Shown here: piece after piece, positions 6,434-10,920 of the stretch
Layout of the letters: every line of letters starts with the position of its first letter
Numbering within the stretch: position 1 is the stretch's first letter
Source: Octopus sinensis
Lineage: Eukaryota
Assembly (NCBI RefSeq): GCF_006345805.1
Contig: NW_021827235.1
Span: 1 to 10,920, forward strand
Direction of reading: 5' to 3'
DNA: 10,920 nt
The notes under the pieces: model-generated
The model's input: only the letters and a program-made list of their open reading frames with translations
Told to the model about the DNA's origin: nothing
The model's database searches: none
Program-made: the position numbers and the translations under genes

Positions 6434-9384
6434 AAGAGAGACAGAGAGAAAGTAATAGGGACTGAGAGAGGGGATAGAAGGAGAAGCGTAGAATGATTAA
6501 ATCAGTGCATTTGCAGAGGCATTGTGGGATATAAAGTTGTAAGTGATGGGAAAAGCTCGACTTTGTACTCAAGAACGTGCATAGAGATGTACTTAAGAGC
6601 ATATAGTTTGTGTATATACACACCAATGTGTGCTTATGTGTGTGTGTATGTATGTATGTATGAATACATACGAAAAAACAAGTCCACGTTATGCTGCATG
6701 TCTTTCAATGGTGCTGGCTGCGTACGCTGAGTCGTCTAGTAGAAAAGCTTTCTGACACACATTTCCCTGATTTTGGTGGAAGCAAAAACACAGGTCAAAT
6801 CGAAGAGCTTCCGAAGAAATTCACATCTGTTCTGGTTTGGATGAAAATCCTCTTGCACAGATTGAACTACATTGTGTCAAGCACAGATGCAAGGTAAAGA
6901 AGCGAGAAGAGTGCAGGGAAAAGCACGCACCATCCCAGGTTACACATTATGGTTGGCTGCAAACGCTTCACTGAAATCTCCGCTAACAAAGACTAGTCCT
7001 TTCATTCTTGTGTGAAACTGTTTGATGATGTTAACAATTTTCTCAAGGCATCCATAAGTGCCAAGCACTTTTCAAAGAGTTTCTCGCTCAACCGTATCGG
7101 ATGCCTTAGAAAAGTCCACAGCCACCACGAAGAACGATTGGCGTGTCTCTGCTGATTTCTCTTGTCGCAGTGTAAAGATCATATCGGTGGTTTATCTCCT
7201 TGGCCTGAAGCCACATTGACTTTCTGGTAAAACCTATTTCTTTACTACCCACAAGAGGCTAAATACAGAGAGGACAAACAAGGACAGACAAACGGATTAA
7301 GTCGATTATATCGACCCCAGTGCGTAACTGGTACTTATCTAATCGACCCCGAAAGGATGAAAGGCAAAGTCGACCTCGGCGGAATTTGAACTCAGAACGT
7401 AGCGGCAGACGAAATAACGCTAAGCATTTCGCCCGGCGTGCTAACGTTTCTGCCAGCTCGTCGCCTTAGCCAGCTTTCTGGTAAAACCTGCTCTGATGTG
7501 GTTTTCAGTCGGTTCCCACATCCAGCAAAAAGTCACCCCATGAATCCTTTTTGCCCTTGCCAAACTTGCCGACGATAGGGCAGTTTTCTCCCACCCTTGG
7601 CATTGAAGACGCCTATAGTTAGCAACTTTTCTTGGCGAGGAACTTTGCCTACAATCCTTGTAGCCCTTGGTAGTATGCCTCTTTCTCCACCTCTGAGTAG
7701 GTCATTGCAGGTCATTGTTGGATCATACGCATTGATGGTAGGTTATTCAAGGCGGCGAGCTGGCAGAAACGTTAGCACACCGGGCGAAATGCGTAGCCGT
7801 ATTTCGTCTGCCGTTACGTTCTGAGTTCAAATTCCGCCGAGGTCGACTTTGCCTTTCATCCTTTCGGGGTCGATAAATTAAGTAGCAGTTACGCACTGGG
7901 GTCGATGTAATCGACTTAATCCGTTTGTCTGTCCTTGTTTGTCCCCTCTGTGTTTATCCCCTTGTGGTTAGTAAAGAAATAGGTAGGTTATTCCAGATTG
8001 GTATCCGCAGTGTCATCATCCTTTCTCAGATAGCTGATGGAAGGAAAGATAACCTTTTGGTGGACTTGTCGGTATCAAAAGTCACTCCTGCATCTCCCAT
8101 TCTTTCTGTTTTCCTAAATAACAAGGAAAATGCAAACCTCTTGCTATTGGCCCTACACTTCGATCCTCGTCTTTAGAAGTGTGGTGATACGTACACAGAA
8201 CCGGTGCAATTCTTTGGCAATCAGGGCTACACTCCAATCGGGTAGGGAATCTCCGTCAAGCAAAATGCGCACGTTCCACGTTGCTACAGTGATATTTATT
8301 TTCTTGCAGCCTCTACCGCTGAAGTTAAGTCTTGCTGACTGCGGTTAACCAGCAATCTTTGTTCTGCGCACGATTCTTTACCCAACCTTTTCTGGGGACG
8401 TTACCTTCCAGTGTGGGTAGTTCTCCCTGAGAAGTGCTTCCCGGATAATCATACCGCTGCTTCAGCCTGCTGGTGCGCAAGGTCCACACTGACTACGCCC
8501 ATCGAGGGCTAGCTGCCTGTGTGCAAAGCTCTTGCTAGCAGCTTCCAGTTACTAACACCAACTACCGTTACATTCAACCCAAGGTCATAGGGCTTCTCCC
8601 CTCTCTGAACGAAGAGTCTTGGTCTGTGAGTAAGGCAGTTGGCATCGTTATCCCCCACCCCCTGACTGCCTCTCTGGGCCTCTTCCCAAGATGCAAAATC
8701 GTATAGATATATATGAATATATAGAACATCTTGTCATAACCATATGTAACCTCTGAAGATAATGTGATAATACAGCGAAAGGGTTTGCGTGATATTAGGT
8801 CCATTTCACAGACAGGTGTACACATGTATACTTGTACGTATATATTTAGATGTGTAAATGTACATGTATGTATGTATGTATGTATTCATGTATGTATGTA
8901 TGTATGTATGTATGATGTATGTATGTATGTACGTATGTATGTATGTAATTTACGTATGTATGTACGTATGTATGTATGTGTGTGTATATGTATGTATGTA
9001 TGCATGTATGTATGTATGTATGTATGTATGTATGTACGTATGTACGTATGTACGTATGTATGTATGTATGTATGTATGTATGTATGTATGTATGTATGTA
9101 TGTATGTATGTATGTATGTATGCTTGTATGTATGCATGTATACACAGTAGCAAGGAAAAAATTTAAAATTAATATATATGTAAAAATGTTCATTGTTACA
9201 TACCTAGGGTTATACGTTCTTTAGATTCTGAAGGTAACAAGAGCATAAAAGGAATCAGTGCTGCGATTATTATAGCTGGGATAATCAGTACCTGTCCGGA
9301 GGCTCCGAAGTGCCGGCGTAAAACGAACGTTACAATGTAACTGGAATAAGACTGCGGACAGCAGGGGTACTGTTCTCTCTCTAT
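4062..9384 (-). CDS. Partial (5'-incomplete) multi-exon gene for a divergent nAChR alpha-like / Cys-loop cation channel subunit; join(9384..9204,6298..6212,4873..4755,4391..4062)
   Basis: Four exons splice in frame with canonical GT-AG sites (181+87+119+330=717 nt, 238 aa plus TAG). They encode loop C with vicinal cysteines (YPCCPQSY), M1 (LIIP...LLP), the M1-M2 linker ([10 protein letters not shown]), M2, M3, the MX helix (MPQILRTIFLK), the MA helix and M4 ([14 protein letters not shown]). Introns are 2905, 1338 and 363 bp. Confidence 0.95.
4624..4931. repeat. (CA)n/(TG)n runs flanking the M3 exon (4624-4718 and 4903-4931)
   Basis: Direct inspection; both runs are intronic. Confidence 0.9.
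4755..4873 (-). CDS. Exon: M3 and start of the intracellular loop ([40 protein letters not shown])
   Basis: Acceptor cctgtattttttttttcag|TG and donor ACG|gtaaga, phase 1/0. Aligns without gaps to alpha7 [36 protein letters not shown]. Confidence 0.93.
5008..5380. repeat. Compound microsatellite: (TA)n,(TG)n,(GA)n,(GATA)n,(TGAT)n,(TATG)n
   Basis: Direct inspection. Confidence 0.95.
5984..6192. repeat. (CAC)n/(CAT)n trinucleotide tract starting about 20 nt after the M2 exon donor
   Basis: Direct inspection; it explains the poly-T/I, poly-M/V and poly-D/G ORFs. Confidence 0.93.
6212..6298 (-). CDS. Exon: 87-bp M2 and M2-M3 loop exon ([30 protein letters not shown])
   Basis: Acceptor ctctctcttttctag|GA and donor ATTT|gtaagt, phase 1/1, which is exactly what the neighbouring exons require. 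Length equals the 87-bp M2 exon (exon 8) of vertebrate CHRNA7, and it ends in an IPNI equivalent of VPLI. Confidence 0.9.
6306..6486. repeat. (GA)n tract that forms the polypyrimidine tract of the M2 exon on the minus strand
   Basis: Direct inspection; abuts the acceptor at 6300-6299. Confidence 0.9.
7236..7467 (-). mobile_element. Full-length tRNA-derived SINE, family B (head aaggcggcgagctggcagaa; core gaggtcgactttgcctttcatcctttcggggtcgata), with 16-bp TSD
   Basis: TSD ctttctggtaaaacct at 7220-7235 and 7474-7489, with 6 extra nt (agccag, 7468-7473) at the 5' junction. Has a B-box-like gagttcaaattcc. The core resembles, from memory, the Meta/Sauria-SINE central domain. Confidence 0.93.
7749..7981 (+). 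mobile_element. Full-length family B SINE with 12-bp TSD
   Basis: TSD ggtaggttattc at 7737-7748 and 7982-7993. Removing the SINE rejoins the RTE endonuclease reading (IPIWNNL...TINAYDPT). Confidence 0.95.
8823..9143. repeat. (TATG)n microsatellite
   Basis: Direct inspection; it explains the MYVC/HTYI ORFs. Confidence 0.96.
9204..9384 (-). CDS. Exon: loop C, beta10, M1 and start of M2 (IEREQYPCC...[10 protein letters not shown])
   Basis: Acceptor tctttatgttctttgtcacag|ATA, with a CTTAA branch-point-like motif at 9415-9411. Donor CTAG|gtatgt, phase 1. A second AG four nt downstream (exon start 9380) is a possible alternative, so the exact 5' boundary needs the upstream exon. Confidence 0.92.
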
Positions 9385-9447
9385 CTGTGACAAAGAACAT
9401 AAAGAAGCATTTAAGCGTTGACGACATAAGAGAACGACATTGAAAAT

Positions 9448-9852
9448 CTTTTCTACTCTAGGCACAAGGCTCGAAATTTTGGAGGAAGGGACCGGGACCA
9501 GTCGATTAGATCGACCCCAGTACGTAACTGGTACTTAATTTATCGACCCCGAAAGGATGAAAGGCAAAGTGGACTTTCTGCGGAATTTGAACTCAGTACG
9601 TAGCAGCAGACGAAATACTTATTTCTTTATTGCCCACAAGAGACTAAACATAGAAGGGAGAAACAAGGACAGACAAAAGGATTAAGTTGATTACATTGAC
9701 CCCAGTGCGTTACTGGTACTTAATTTATTGACCCCGAAAGGATGAAAAGCAAAGTCGACTTTCTGCGGAATTTGAACTCAGTACGTAGAGCAGACGAAAT
9801 ACTGCTAAGCATTTTGCCCAGCGTGCTGACGATTCTGCCAGCTCGCCGCCTT
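9448..9852 (-). mobile_element. Dimeric family B SINE (full unit 9852-9619 followed by head-less unit 9618-9448 with a different tail) bounded by one 18-bp TSD
   Basis: TSD gagaacgacattgaaaat at 9430-9447 and 9853-9870. Two copies of the core and only one tRNA-like head. Confidence 0.92.
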
Positions 9853-10311
9853 GAGAACGACATTGAAAATATCATAGCAATGGAAATGAAAGTTATTGTC
9901 ATGGCTCACATGAAGAGGTGTAACAAGTCACAGTTATTGTACTCATTCCACACTCTAACGCTCTTTTAATAATACTTTTGGTGTTATTCATCCAGTATTC
10001 TAATCTTCTGGAAGAAGTTGCGAATGATATCGCTGAAATGAAAGCTTCTCGCTAAAGTTGTTCTACATTGCTTTCTGTTTAAACGTGTTTTGCTAAGAAA
10101 AAAACCCCGTTTTTGACGATTTTTTCTTGTTCTTTCTTAGTACAATTGCTATTAATTTAAAAAAAAAATCAATAATATTTGTTTTCTCTTCTCCTGGATG
10201 GTCACGTTTTCAGCAATACTGACACCGATGGCTTTTCTTGGATGCTAAGTTTGCAGGTGCTAGCACAGTAAATCATCGACCCCAGCATTCGATCCTCGGT
10301 GGAGGAAGGGT

Positions 10312-10522
10312 TGGTAAAAAGAAAGGCAAGAGACAAACCTCCTTTCATCAGTTTGGCTTTTTTGTGCCTATCCGCACCTAGTGTCATGAATGCTAGGTAA
10401 TAACCGAAAGAGTACAATCGCGAATTGAAGAGGCCGAAATGGGATTCTTCTGACGGATCTGTGGAGCAACGTTGCTCGACAGAGGGCATTACTCAGAGAT
10501 CGGTGAGTCACTCCGGGTCGAG
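10312..10522 (+). mobile_element. Fragment of a second RTE-superfamily LINE (Rex3/Expander-like, post-RT region)
   Basis: Frame 10364-10522 reads VPIRT*CHEC*VITERVQSRIEEAEMGFF*RICGATLLDRGHYSEIGESLRVE, matching the RTE consensus VPxLTYGHExWxxTERxRSRIQAAEMxFLRRxxGxxLxDRVRSSxIRExLxVE. Confidence 0.82.
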
Positions 10523-10529
10523 GATGAGC

Positions 10530-10752
<223 letters not shown>

Positions 10753-10920
10753 AGGCGCAGGAGTGGCTGTGTGGTAAGTAGCTTGTTTACCAACCACATA
10801 GTTCCAGGTTCAGTCCCACTGCGTGGCACCTTGGGCAAGTCGCTTCTACTATAGCCTCGGGCCGACCAAAGCCTTGTGAGTGGATTTGGTAGATGGAAAC
10901 TGAAAGAAGCCCGTCGTATA
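10753..10920 (+). mobile_element. Family A SINE with intact head, running off the window end
   Basis: aggcgcaggagtggctgtgtgg (A box), ggttcagtccc (B box), ggcaccttgggcaagt (CORE-like). Confidence 0.92.

Larger units (their letters stand above)
6670..8700 (-). mobile_element. Decayed RTE-clade (BovB-like) non-LTR retrotransposon: putative 5' UTR, APE endonuclease, large internal deletion, then RT domain; split by two SINEs
   Basis: Minus-strand translation gives [13 protein letters not shown] (TWN at 8281-8273), [34 protein letters not shown] and [12 protein letters not shown] (GDFNA equivalent, 7613-7599). It then jumps at about 7514-7521 to [55 protein letters not shown] and a frameshifted Y(A)DD at 6741-6731. 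Many stops and frameshifts. Outer boundaries are approximate. Confidence 0.9.

Noticed and set aside
8764-9224. Cluster of long MYVC/HTYI ORFs on both strands
   Set aside because: Translations of the (TATG)n microsatellite.
4062-9384. Assigning a specific symbol (CHRNA7, CHRNA9/10) or calling the gene a chemotactile receptor
   Set aside because: The features are mixed (alpha7-type introns, alpha9-type M1 proline, intact loop-C cysteines, atypical M2) and the N-terminal domain is missing. Orthology needs a phylogeny.
9880-10200. Searched for the next upstream nAChR exon (loop B/F region, e.g. GSW...EW)
   Set aside because: No frame gives nAChR motifs with compatible splice sites. The upstream exons probably lie beyond the window.

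Overview
This is AT-rich, microsatellite- and SINE-dense eukaryotic genomic DNA, most likely from a coleoid cephalopod (Octopus). That assignment is inferred from the two tRNA-derived SINE families and the repeat landscape, not from a database search. The minus strand carries the last four coding exons of a Cys-loop ligand-gated ion channel of the nicotinic acetylcholine receptor (nAChR) alpha type: 9384-9204, 6298-6212, 4873-4755 and 4391-4062. All splice sites used are GT-AG, phases are 0/1/1/0, and the exons join into 717 nt (238 aa plus TAG). The spliced product is [61 protein letters not shown]|[29 protein letters not shown]|[39 protein letters not shown]|[13 protein letters not shown]...[34 protein letters not shown]. 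The N-terminal exons are not found in the window and presumably lie beyond 10920. The most notable feature is an intact loop-C agonist motif (Y-x-C-C-x3-Y) paired with a heavily rewired pore helix M2 (no 9' Leu, polar Asn/Gln, no M2-M3 Pro). The 2.9-kb intron holds a decayed, internally deleted RTE LINE that keeps its 5' end and was hit by two young SINEs with perfect target-site duplications in opposite orientations. A dimeric SINE sits just upstream of the loop-C exon. Almost all other ORFs in the track are microsatellite or SINE artefacts.
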